A DNA stretch of 64,000 nt from sequence record NC_048077.1; one strand, written 5' to 3'. This document shows positions 28,051 through 36,646 of the stretch, piece by piece (the stretch's first letter is position 1; every line of letters starts with the position of its first letter). The notes beneath the pieces are model-generated. The model ran no database searches and had not been told where the DNA came from. It was given only the letters and a program-made list of their open reading frames with translations. Both the position numbers and the translations under genes were made by a program.

Positions 28051-28892
28051 TAGCCTCTGCCCTTACCTCGCGATGCAAGGAATTTGCGACGTTCTTCTTC
28101 CGCAGCATTTCGATCTTTAATGTAGCAACTGTACCAATACAGAAGTTTCATTAACGCGCCATCATCCGGGAAATAAATTTTATTAGATGCGGCTAAATCA
28201 AGCGACATATTCATCAACGATTGATCGCTGTATGTTCGCAGGTGACTTAAAATTTCGATTGGCTGCAATGTAGTGTATTGACGAAAACAGTGGTTACACT
28301 TGAAGCGAGTTTCCAGTTCGCAAATACGAAACGAAACCTGACGAGCTTTGTGTAACGTGGAGAGATCGGAAAGCTGAATAGTAGTTTCCAAATCAACATC
28401 ACTATCAATCCAAATTGCGGCTTCCGCTTCCGAACCGTATTTGTCGAGTAAATCAAAATGCTCTACCCAACGTCGAACAGTAGGATGTTTAAAGCCTTCT
28501 GGCATTTCGTGCCACGGATAAACTTTGATTTGTTGTCTCGCAATTTCTTCGGTGTTCAGTTTATTGCATTCGATTTGGCGAGAGCGAACACGCGGCGGCC
28601 TATCATAATGACGTTGACCGTCGCTTGTGATAAAGAAAGGCAGAACACAATTCCAGTTGTATATTCTATGGCTATCAGGCCAACTGCTTTTCTCAAACAT
28701 CAAGATGAAGTAACGGAAATCTTCTAAGAGCATATCCATCAAATCAACATTCGTGAAATGCTGTAGCGTTTGCACAAACATTTCTGGCAGGACGTATTTC
28801 TGCGCATTGTACAAGCTAGGCATGTAATTAACGGTGAATTGTTTTTCAATGCGCACATCAACACGCCCGGAGGGGAGCGCTATCTCAAGCAT
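28050..28892 (-). CDS. Baseplate hub assembly chaperone (gp26-like), paralog 1
   Basis: LPSG N-terminus, FKCNHC zinc ribbon; precedes the tape-measure-like gene. Confidence 0.6.
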   Translation of the reverse strand: MLEIALPSGRVDVRIEKQFTVNYMPSLYNAQKYVLPEMFVQTLQHFTNVDLMDMLLEDFRYFILMFEKSSWPDSHRIYNWNCVLPFFITSDGQRHYDRPPRVRSRQIECNKLNTEEIARQQIKVYPWHEMPEGFKHPTVRRWVEHFDLLDKYGSEAEAAIWIDSDVDLETTIQLSDLSTLHKARQVSFRICELETRFKCNHCFRQYTTLQPIEILSHLRTYSDQSLMNMSLDLAASNKIYFPDDGALMKLLYWYSCYIKDRNAAEEERRKFLASRGKGRG

Positions 28893-29571
28893 GTTCGAAA
28901 ATCTTCGCTTTCATTTCCCATGTACGATCTGATTCGCGTTTGCAAACCGGACACGACATAGTAATTGTGGTTGGAATTCCGTGCTGCGCCGCTTTAACCC
29001 ACTCATCTAAACGCATCCAGAGATTTAAATCCGTTTGCCTTTCAAGAAGCGCATAGTTTTCATCGAAGTTAAGACCCATATGCGCCACAAACCAATTGAA
29101 GCGCGACTCATGAGCAACTTCGTAATTGCGCATACGAGGCAAATCAAACTCATCGGAATTCGCACGGAGAGTTAAAACTGTCACGGCTGATTCATCAATG
29201 ACGCCTACGTTATGCGCATCACAAGGAAACGTATTTAATGGAAGTTCATCGTCATCACGCAGATCCGGAAACACCCCATTCGCATATTCAAACAGAGGCT
29301 TGTTACACGTCCAGAAAACTCGAAGCGGAAAATTCTCAATCAACATGCGTTGCTGAAAAACAAGCGCGTGTGCATCCTGAATTGAAAGCATATCAATAGG
29401 AATAGAAAGAACTTCCGGAAGTGCCTCAAGAAGAATAGGCGCGAGATTATCTTGTTCGATAGCTTTTGAAATATGATACGCTTGCTTTCCGCTAAACGGT
29501 TTCATATCAAAAGAAGGAGGAAGGCCAGATTTCCAGCCAGCGGAAGGAAGGCTGCGAGTGATGATTTCCAT
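28885..29571 (-). CDS. Baseplate hub assembly chaperone (gp26-like), paralog 2
   Basis: LPSAG, MKPF, SCPVC zinc ribbon; aligns by eye with 28050..28892. Confidence 0.6.
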   Translation of the reverse strand: MEIITRSLPSAGWKSGLPPSFDMKPFSGKQAYHISKAIEQDNLAPILLEALPEVLSIPIDMLSIQDAHALVFQQRMLIENFPLRVFWTCNKPLFEYANGVFPDLRDDDELPLNTFPCDAHNVGVIDESAVTVLTLRANSDEFDLPRMRNYEVAHESRFNWFVAHMGLNFDENYALLERQTDLNLWMRLDEWVKAAQHGIPTTITMSCPVCKRESDRTWEMKAKIFEHA

Positions 29572-29581
29572 AAGTGTTTCC

Positions 29582-30094
29582 TTAAAACAGTAATCGTTGC
29601 GCGTCACATTTCCATTGAATCGTCATAACACCGCGACCACCTGTTCCGTTAAGTTGCAACGACTGCATACCGATAGGCCACACGTTACGAACTTCGGAAG
29701 TAGCGATCACATTGCCTTTGATATCAAAGAGTGCGACGCGTAAACGTTTTTTATAAGCGGAAGGGAGATTGAATCCACCAGTATACGGATTCTGAATCAG
29801 AGTTTGCCAGCTTTGAAAATATTTCATCAGCGCCGCTTTCTGATCAATCCCCCATTGAGAAGAAAAGCCATCAATGCTACTTCCATGAGGCCAGTGAATT
29901 TGAGTGCTCGCAACCTCTTTGGATTTTTCCGTATAAACAGGAAAAGGCAATTCGATCTCTTCGCACGCAAGAGGACTTAAACTAACGCCCCCAATTGTAG
30001 GAAGAGAAACGATTCGCCACTTTTCTGTAGTAAACGGATCAGCCAAACCGGGAGCGCTCGCATCCATTAATTCAGTAAGCGTTACGGCAGGCAT
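29582..30094 (-). CDS. Tail tube protein paralog 2
   Basis: DPF...W, CE.I.LP, Y.K.L.V.LFD..G..I...E.RNVWP; paralogous to 30808..31323. Confidence 0.75.
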   Translation of the reverse strand: MPAVTLTELMDASAPGLADPFTTEKWRIVSLPTIGGVSLSPLACEEIELPFPVYTEKSKEVASTQIHWPHGSSIDGFSSQWGIDQKAALMKYFQSWQTLIQNPYTGGFNLPSAYKKRLRVALFDIKGNVIATSEVRNVWPIGMQSLQLNGTGGRGVMTIQWKCDAQRLLF

Positions 30095-30096
30095 AA

Positions 30097-30765
30097 TTAT
30101 TTCTCCACGATGATCAAACATGGACGCATAGCGCCGTCAATTTTAATCATAGCCGCACCGACAATGTAACCACGCGGAATAACTTTCAGCACTGCATCTT
30201 CAAGCGCTTGTTCCCATTTGTCTTTCGGCTTGCCGTCAAAGGGAGTATAAGTATCCGTCGCATCATAGTAATTATAAGTTTCAGTTGTCGGCATCGGGAC
30301 GCCAGCAAGAAACTCTAAACGATTTGCGCCAGAAATTTTCGCTTTACGAATTGCTTCTGTCAGTTTTTTATTTTCTTTGCCGACAGAGTTATCCACTTCG
30401 TAGATACGTGCTTCCATCGGTGCATCTTTTGGCTTAGTAGGAAGTTTTTCTTGAGCCGTGGTATTTGCTTTCTTACCAGTGACTTTGATTCCCTTCACCT
30501 TGCCAGTAAACGGACGCGAACGACCTAACAGAGAGCGTGCAGTTTTAGCGTCAATCAGAAAAACAACATCGGGATCGTCACGATGCAGCACATAGATTTT
30601 ATTCTTAATGATGCACGTACCAAAAACATCTTTGGCTTCGATATCTGCCTCGAAATCTTTGTTCTCGATATAAACTTTTCGAGCACCTTCGAAACGATAC
30701 CAGTCACAATCTTCGATTTTGATTTTCGGTAAACGCGGAGCAGATACACTCACAAAAAACAGCAT
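30097..30765 (-). CDS. Hypothetical head-associated protein (SVSA motif, paralogous domain)
   Basis: MLFFVSVSA N-terminus, then WYRFEG...DVFG...DDPDVVFLID aligning with 47720..49651. Confidence 0.75.
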   Translation of the reverse strand: MLFFVSVSAPRLPKIKIEDCDWYRFEGARKVYIENKDFEADIEAKDVFGTCIIKNKIYVLHRDDPDVVFLIDAKTARSLLGRSRPFTGKVKGIKVTGKKANTTAQEKLPTKPKDAPMEARIYEVDNSVGKENKKLTEAIRKAKISGANRLEFLAGVPMPTTETYNYYDATDTYTPFDGKPKDKWEQALEDAVLKVIPRGYIVGAAMIKIDGAMRPCLIIVEK

Positions 30766-30781
30766 ACAGTTACCTCAAATC

Positions 30782-30802
30782 AGAAGTGGGGCCGAAGCCC
30801 CA
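30782..30802 (-). terminator. Terminator-like hairpin (UUCG loop)
   Basis: TGGGGCCGAAGCCCCA, identical to 53704-53719; short U-tract. Confidence 0.7.
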
Positions 30803-30807
30803 ACTTA

Positions 30808-31323
30808 TTAAGATTTCGGCTTAACGTAGTCGAACGACCACTCAACAGTAACAGGGATTGCCTGAGCCGTGCCGTTGAATTGCAGATCCGGAACCTGCTT
30901 AGGCCACACGCCGAAAATTTCATACTCACCTGCAATGCTGCCGTCCTGTTTAAAGATACGGAAGATTGCTTTCGTTGCGTATTCAGCTTTCGTTGCACCC
31001 AACTGAGTTTCGGTAGCACGAACCATTTCGTGCCATTTTTCCAACGGCTTGTACACAGCCATTTCAGCGTTTTCGTTGAATTCGGTTGAGAAGCTATGCG
31101 TAAAAGTTTTACGGCCTGCATAGTTCAACTGGAAACCAAACGCTTCTTTCAAAACTTCTTCCAGCGTTGAGCCGGGTTTCGCACCAGTTTTACACTGAAT
31201 GCGCAACATAGAAGTATACGACGTTCCACCAACAGCAGCAGGAACGTTGAACAGCATTTCGAAGTTATCATCCAGCAACGGATCGCCAGTGGATGCAAAT
31301 TCGGTCAGAGTTACCTTTGGCAT
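30808..31323 (-). CDS. Major tail tube protein (gp19-like)
   Basis: DPLLDDNFEM, EIFGVWPKQV..L, PVTVEWSFDY; follows the sheath gene; strongly biased codon use. Confidence 0.85.
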   Translation of the reverse strand: MPKVTLTEFASTGDPLLDDNFEMLFNVPAAVGGTSYTSMLRIQCKTGAKPGSTLEEVLKEAFGFQLNYAGRKTFTHSFSTEFNENAEMAVYKPLEKWHEMVRATETQLGATKAEYATKAIFRIFKQDGSIAGEYEIFGVWPKQVPDLQFNGTAQAIPVTVEWSFDYVKPKS

Positions 31324-31337
31324 TTTCTAAATTCTCC

Positions 31338-33023
31338 TTAGATTGCGCCGCGATTGATCAGATCGATAGCGTACTGAATATCACCGACAGGCGGCACAAT
31401 TGCAGTAACGTGAATACGTTTCGTGTAACGAGTAGGATCAAGGAAAATATCAATGATCAGATCGCCACGCGCTTCGTCCTGCGTAGAGTTGTTGGTATAG
31501 TCACAGACAACTTCATACCAATCCAAACCACGACCCAAGCGAATCGGTTCCAGAATGCTTTCCATTCCGGTAATCTGCGCTTGTTTCAAAATGTCGTCGT
31601 TAGGTTCGAACACCGCACGCAAGTTATTTGCGCGTGCAGAAGCATGAAGCATTGCCAGCAGACGGCGAACACCAATATCGTTCAATGCCGATTTGGTTGT
31701 CATCGCTGTATCTGCGCCCCACAGGAAAATGCCTTCGCCTTCAAAAACTGCAATCGGGTTGATTTGGTTTTCAACCAGAACATCACGGTCATTCAGTTTA
31801 AAACGGTGACGAACATCAGTTGCGAAATCAATGTTACCACGATTCAAACCGCCCGGTGCGAGCCAGCTTGCAATCTGATCCGTGTTCAACATACAGTACG
31901 CCATGCACACGGAAGCCGGAACATAAAAATCGCGAGCGTTTGCAGTATCACGCGCTTTCACATCGCTGTTACAGATCGCAGACCAACTATCAGTGATAGA
32001 AAATTCTGCGCCTTGATATGCTTTGATGCCGCGACGATATGCAACAGCGTTATCGCGAGCCTGCATACTAACAGGAATACCGACCGTAGAAATACAGTCC
32101 ATGCGCGTTTGAGCGAGTTCGTTGATCTTGTTTGCGATAACCGGATGTTCGATACCACCGGAGCAAAGAATGCCGCAAGCGATTTGTTCCCAATCCTGAT
32201 AGTTATCCCAACCTTCCAGAATTGCAGCAAGCGAGTTGTTTGCAATTGTCTGATCAGAATGATCAACGTCGATGATATCACCAGAACTTGCACCAACAAA
32301 TTGACCGTTAATTGCAGTCGGATTTGTCGGATCGTAAGGGCCACCGCCGATAGCGTTGAACAGAACGAAATTCGGATCGTCCAACAGTTTGTAGTTATCT
32401 TCGTTCAAACGGAAACGAATATAATTGGAGTTGTTGTTAATCACGTCTTCGATGAAGAATTGATTTCCTGCATCATCACGCCAGTAGAAGTTAGTCACGG
32501 AATGCGACTCAACAGGCGTGAGATTGTTGCCCACATAAACACGAATCAGCGCTTTGATACCAAGCGGATCATTCGTGTCAGGCTGGAAAGAAATCCAAAT
32601 GTCGTTTGCTTCGTCGTACTGAGACAGCGAATAAAACAGACCGATATCTTCGGAACGAAACGCAACCTGATCCGGATCTTCAAAACCTGCATCGCTAACA
32701 GGGCGCAGCGTGGCAAGGTTGTTGAACATCGTTGCAAACACGCCGCCATATTTCGCATTGAGAGCAACGCGAGTTACATTCAAACGACGAGCTTTCGTCA
32801 TAAGAATTTTAGCGATTAAAACGTTGATTGCATAACGACCCGTAGGTGAACCAAGTTTCGTTTCGATTTCATCTTTAGAAGTGATGGTAATATTTTTGCC
32901 GATTTCACCTTTCGGGAATGGCAGCACCAGCGTGCAATATCCGTTGGTAACAAGAGTAGACGAACCACTCCGGTCATTCTCCATCGTATACGTGCCAGCG
33001 CTCGGATGATCAGGAAGTAGCAT
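31338..33023 (-). CDS. Tail sheath protein 1
   Basis: WLAPGGLNRG, INPIAVF.GEGIFLWG..T, LNDIGVRRLL, VFEPND sheath C-terminal motifs. Confidence 0.92.
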   Translation of the reverse strand: MLLPDHPSAGTYTMENDRSGSSTLVTNGYCTLVLPFPKGEIGKNITITSKDEIETKLGSPTGRYAINVLIAKILMTKARRLNVTRVALNAKYGGVFATMFNNLATLRPVSDAGFEDPDQVAFRSEDIGLFYSLSQYDEANDIWISFQPDTNDPLGIKALIRVYVGNNLTPVESHSVTNFYWRDDAGNQFFIEDVINNNSNYIRFRLNEDNYKLLDDPNFVLFNAIGGGPYDPTNPTAINGQFVGASSGDIIDVDHSDQTIANNSLAAILEGWDNYQDWEQIACGILCSGGIEHPVIANKINELAQTRMDCISTVGIPVSMQARDNAVAYRRGIKAYQGAEFSITDSWSAICNSDVKARDTANARDFYVPASVCMAYCMLNTDQIASWLAPGGLNRGNIDFATDVRHRFKLNDRDVLVENQINPIAVFEGEGIFLWGADTAMTTKSALNDIGVRRLLAMLHASARANNLRAVFEPNDDILKQAQITGMESILEPIRLGRGLDWYEVVCDYTNNSTQDEARGDLIIDIFLDPTRYTKRIHVTAIVPPVGDIQYAIDLINRGAI

Positions 33024-33059
33024 TATTATCTCCAAACAGCATGAAAACGTTGACGGTTT

Positions 33060-33069
33060 AAAATTAGCG
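33060..33069 (-). promoter_or_regulatory. Candidate late-promoter motif CGCTAATTTT
   Basis: About 37 nt upstream of the sheath 1 start. Confidence 0.4.
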
Positions 33070-33080
33070 TACCGGAACGA

Positions 33081-33425
33081 TTAATACTGAATCACATGAA
33101 CTCTTTGTTCAACTTCGGAAACTAAAATTGATTCCGGAAGTGCGCCAGTAAGTAAAAGTTGTCCGTGAATATCAACATACACACTTCCGATTTGAATCTT
33201 CAACGGTTCGCCAGTGTCGATATGCAGGAAACCTTTTGTTGCAGGTAAAGCATATCCTTTTGGCCCGACGATAACAGAAATGGAATTAAAAATTTCATCT
33301 TCCGGAACACCGACTGCGTGCGTCTGAGATCGAATAGCCGTGTTGTGATTTTGGGTAACTTCACGCACCCGCGAATCAACAACCAATGTTCTCTCAAGAG
33401 AACGGTATCGAGTTTTCTTAAACAT
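33081..33425 (-). CDS. Hypothetical protein
   Basis: ORF between neck and sheath genes; start refined to MFKKTR (GAGGA RBS). Confidence 0.65.
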   Translation of the reverse strand: MFKKTRYRSLERTLVVDSRVREVTQNHNTAIRSQTHAVGVPEDEIFNSISVIVGPKGYALPATKGFLHIDTGEPLKIQIGSVYVDIHGQLLLTGALPESILVSEVEQRVHVIQY

Positions 33426-33426
33426 A

Positions 33427-34089
33427 TTATTCCTCGTCCGGAACAAAATCGGCTTCACCAACATCAATTTCCGTATTCATTGTGATTTCGCCGTAGTTAT
33501 TTATTTTCGCAGTATCCATATTGAAACCGATTTTAGATTGAATCGTAAAAGGGATTTCAATTTCCATACTGCCGGGAGTAGAGCCGTCATCCATATCTTC
33601 AATGTTAGGGAACGGAATACTATCGCCGTCAATTAAAAATCGAACAGTCCATTTTGTTGTTGGCATTTCAAGTTCAAACGCCAGCATTTCAACAGTGTGT
33701 GCAATCATCAATTGCTGAGAAAATAAAATTGCTTGCTCGTAGTTCATAAACTTCAAGTACAAACTTCCGGACAGCGTAATCGGAAGATAGAAGTTTCGAA
33801 TCACGATTGCGTTTGTTGGTTCCTTGCCGATAGCCCAACCAGATCCAAAGCGTCCGATGTTTTTTCCATTGGCAAGTAACTCACGATTCAAAGCGAAGTT
33901 GGTAATCTTAAACCATCCATAAGGATAGTCAGTGCTTTGATTGAACACCGCACGCAAACCTTGTTTCGGGTTATTGTGCATACTGAAAACAAATCGCGTT
34001 AGACCGAAGCCGCGTCGAATCTGACGTTGCACGCCAAACAGAGTTGCTTTAAGCGACGTACTTTGTTTTACGATCTGGTCAATGCTCAT
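33427..34089 (-). CDS. Putative tail terminator/neck protein (gp15-like)
   Basis: Position between capsid and sheath genes; beta-rich tube-terminator-like composition. Confidence 0.5.
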   Translation of the reverse strand: MSIDQIVKQSTSLKATLFGVQRQIRRGFGLTRFVFSMHNNPKQGLRAVFNQSTDYPYGWFKITNFALNRELLANGKNIGRFGSGWAIGKEPTNAIVIRNFYLPITLSGSLYLKFMNYEQAILFSQQLMIAHTVEMLAFELEMPTTKWTVRFLIDGDSIPFPNIEDMDDGSTPGSMEIEIPFTIQSKIGFNMDTAKINNYGEITMNTEIDVGEADFVPDEE

Positions 34090-34109
34090 ATGAATTTTTC
34101 CGAAGCAGA

Positions 34110-34138
34110 AACAAAAAAGGAGGCCAAAAGGCCCCCTT
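34110..34138 (-). terminator. Rho-independent terminator
   Basis: Minus-strand AAGGGGGCC-TTTT-GGCCTCCTTTTTTGTTTC. Confidence 0.85.
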
Positions 34139-34160
34139 AGTTTTACCCGCAGAGGGGCAT

Positions 34161-34634
34161 TTATTTAATGCGCAGACGCAGACCAGAGGAAGATGATTCA
34201 AACTCACCATCATCATTTGATTCTTCGTCATCGCCTTCGAATTCGAGATCATCGAGTTCGTCATCTTCAATCAGCAAATCATCTTCTTCGTCTTCCGGTT
34301 CATCTTCCGGATCGCCTAGTGAAAGGGATTCGAAATCGTCGCCATCATACAGAGATTGTTGTTTCGCCTTAGAAGTTGTCGTTACCAAAGCAGCAGAAAG
34401 CGCTTGCACGGAATCGGCAAGCGAAGAACTTGCGGCGCTGACTGATTCACAAGGATTTGCACACACATCAATTAGAGTGCTTGCTTCAACGCTATCAGAT
34501 AACTGACACGTTAAGAAATCTTCGCAATCAGGAGCGTGAGCAGCTTGTACCAAAATACGAGCTACATCTTCCCACTGGTTTTCGCGTGCCGCAACAATCG
34601 CAAGAGCAGCTAGGGAACCTGTCAACGTTTTCAT
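34161..34634 (-). CDS. Acidic head-associated protein
   Basis: Follows MCP; D/E-rich C-terminus; SVSA, SLS and SSS motifs. Confidence 0.75.
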   Translation of the reverse strand: MKTLTGSLAALAIVAARENQWEDVARILVQAAHAPDCEDFLTCQLSDSVEASTLIDVCANPCESVSAASSSLADSVQALSAALVTTTSKAKQQSLYDGDDFESLSLGDPEDEPEDEEDDLLIEDDELDDLEFEGDDEESNDDGEFESSSSGLRLRIK

Positions 34635-34655
34635 AAAAGTTCCTTAGATAAAAGA

Positions 34656-34718
34656 GGGAACACAATTTCTCATGTTCCCGACTTTAAAAAGTTTCTCACA
34701 ATTTCTCGCAAGAAACTT
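34656..34718 (-). promoter_or_regulatory. Twin stem-loops with identical GAGAAATT loops
   Basis: 11-nt direct repeat CACAATTTCTC at 34661-34671 and 34697-34707, each in the loop of a different stem. Confidence 0.55.
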
Positions 34719-34725
34719 TCTGCAA

Positions 34726-35820
34726 TTATGCGCGTTGTGCTTTAGCCACGGAGCGAACGTTAGCCAGCGTGAAGGAGAACACGCTAGACAGCAGCCAACC
34801 ACGATCAGTAGAACCCTGATTCGCGCCAGAAGTCGGCTGAGACTGAGTGCCGCCGCGAGTGGTGTACATCGCGTGGTAATCCTGATCAGCTACAACGTAC
34901 AGTTCGCCGTCATTCAGAACACGATGTTCCGGAGCGCGGAAACCATCAGTTACCAGATCCAGACCGAGCAGAGTTCCGAGACGACCAGTAGTGATCAGTT
35001 CGTACTTACTTACCGGATCGAGAGCAGAGGTAAACTGATCGTTACCGATAATGTCGTTCCAGTAATCGGCTGCCAGAATCGCAGTGCTTACCGGCATAGG
35101 CCACGCGCTTACTTGCTGTTTCAGAACAGACAGCAGGCGCGGAGTCAGTTCGCCGTGAATGTAAGTTACCGGGTTAGCCATACCGACAGAACGATCCGCC
35201 GCTTCTTTCCAGAGACGATCTTCTGCAACCATGATAGATTGCAGACCGTCTTGCTGCGCACGATCCAGCAGGTCGCCGTTGATCTGTTCCAGATCCATGC
35301 GAGAAACACGGATGATGGATTTCAGTTCAAACTCGTCCGGAGTGAACACACGACCGCGCAGTTGGCGATAACCGTATTCAGAAGGACCGGTTGCAATGAT
35401 TGCCTGGGCCTGGTGAGTTTTCAGTTCCACACGCGGAACGTCGCCCTGACGAACGGTTGCGCCTTTACAGATGCGACGCAGAAGACCTTGACGTTCAGCA
35501 CGGTCTTCGATTGCGCCAACGATACTTGCGCCGAGAGAATCCCACTTCGCCGGATCAGCAGCAGCTTCTTCGATCAGTTGACGGTTTTCTTCGCGAATCT
35601 GATCTTTGGTCATGCCAACGTGAGATTCAGAAACTTCCTGAATGTCGCCGTTTTGTGCGGCGTTCAGCAGTTGGCCGATACGACCGATAAGATCTTTCTT
35701 GCTGATCGCGTTCACTTCGCCAGTCGATTCAGACAGAATACGCTCACCGTTAATTTTCAGATCGTGCAACGGGTCGCCGTTACGCAGAACAACTTTAGCA
35801 CCACGCAGTTGATTTTTCAT
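34726..35820 (-). CDS. Major capsid protein (HK97 fold)
   Basis: 364 aa, strong codon bias, follows scaffold and decoration genes; HK97-like pattern (G.LGTLLGLDLVTD, GELYVVA). Confidence 0.85.
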   Translation of the reverse strand: MKNQLRGAKVVLRNGDPLHDLKINGERILSESTGEVNAISKKDLIGRIGQLLNAAQNGDIQEVSESHVGMTKDQIREENRQLIEEAAADPAKWDSLGASIVGAIEDRAERQGLLRRICKGATVRQGDVPRVELKTHQAQAIIATGPSEYGYRQLRGRVFTPDEFELKSIIRVSRMDLEQINGDLLDRAQQDGLQSIMVAEDRLWKEAADRSVGMANPVTYIHGELTPRLLSVLKQQVSAWPMPVSTAILAADYWNDIIGNDQFTSALDPVSKYELITTGRLGTLLGLDLVTDGFRAPEHRVLNDGELYVVADQDYHAMYTTRGGTQSQPTSGANQGSTDRGWLLSSVFSFTLANVRSVAKAQRA

Positions 35821-35872
35821 TTAATACTCCAGAAATTCTTTTTCAGTTTAAAGTTTTTTGCGAGGTGTGTTA

Positions 35873-36577
35873 TTACACGCCCGGCGTTGCCAGTTCGAAG
35901 GTTGCGTAACCGTTGGTTGCGTCCGGCGCTTTCTTGATGATAACACCTTTCAGCAGAGTACCGTTACCGCCGATAGTCAGCAGACCACCCGCGCCGAGAG
36001 ACGGATTCAGAACAGTGTCATTCTGCCAGTCAGCGGAAGCGTCGATCATGTTGGTAGAGATATTACCCAACTTGATATAGGAAACACGCTGGCGAATGTT
36101 GGTAGGCAGACCACCAACCGGAGCATCACCAGTGATTGCGCGAGCTTCGCTTACAGACAGTTCCCACGCGTACTGAATGTGAACTTTTTTGCCGATATCC
36201 GCAGAGTTGAATTTCAGTTCTGCGCCGTCGAAAGCAACTTCGCCCGCATCTGGAGCAGCGCCGCCAGTAACTTCATCAGCTTTGGTTTTTGCGATCTTAA
36301 CCAGAGTCTGACCAGCTTTCGGTTGACGTTGCAGAGTGTATGCCAGAGTTGCGTCGATGGTGAATTCTTCAACCATGATCTGATACGCAGGCGGCATGTT
36401 ACGTGCCATTGCGAAACCAGCGAAGATTTCACCCTGAACACCGCGAGACAGTTTCAGATAGTTTTTGCCGTTCTCACGATGCCAAACCAGAGCAACGCCT
36501 TCTTCGTGAATGACTTCACCCGGCAGCAGATCAGCTTCATTAGACATTACAATGTCAGTTGCGATTTGATACAACAT
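35873..36577 (-). CDS. Capsid decoration/cement-like protein
   Basis: Between scaffold and MCP; EGVALV...G..FAGFA pattern; start refined to MLYQ (GGAGA RBS). Confidence 0.65.
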   Translation of the reverse strand: MLYQIATDIVMSNEADLLPGEVIHEEGVALVWHRENGKNYLKLSRGVQGEIFAGFAMARNMPPAYQIMVEEFTIDATLAYTLQRQPKAGQTLVKIAKTKADEVTGGAAPDAGEVAFDGAELKFNSADIGKKVHIQYAWELSVSEARAITGDAPVGGLPTNIRQRVSYIKLGNISTNMIDASADWQNDTVLNPSLGAGGLLTIGGNGTLLKGVIIKKAPDATNGYATFELATPGV

Positions 36578-36646
36578 AGTTTTATATCTCCGAAAATAAA
36601 TTTGAATGAATTGTGTTTGCAATTCAAGTGTCAAATCGGGAGCGAA

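Noticed and set aside
31293-32819. 508-aa plus-strand ORF
   Set aside because: Exact antisense shadow of sheath 1; typical of strongly codon-biased genes; no RBS or motif support.
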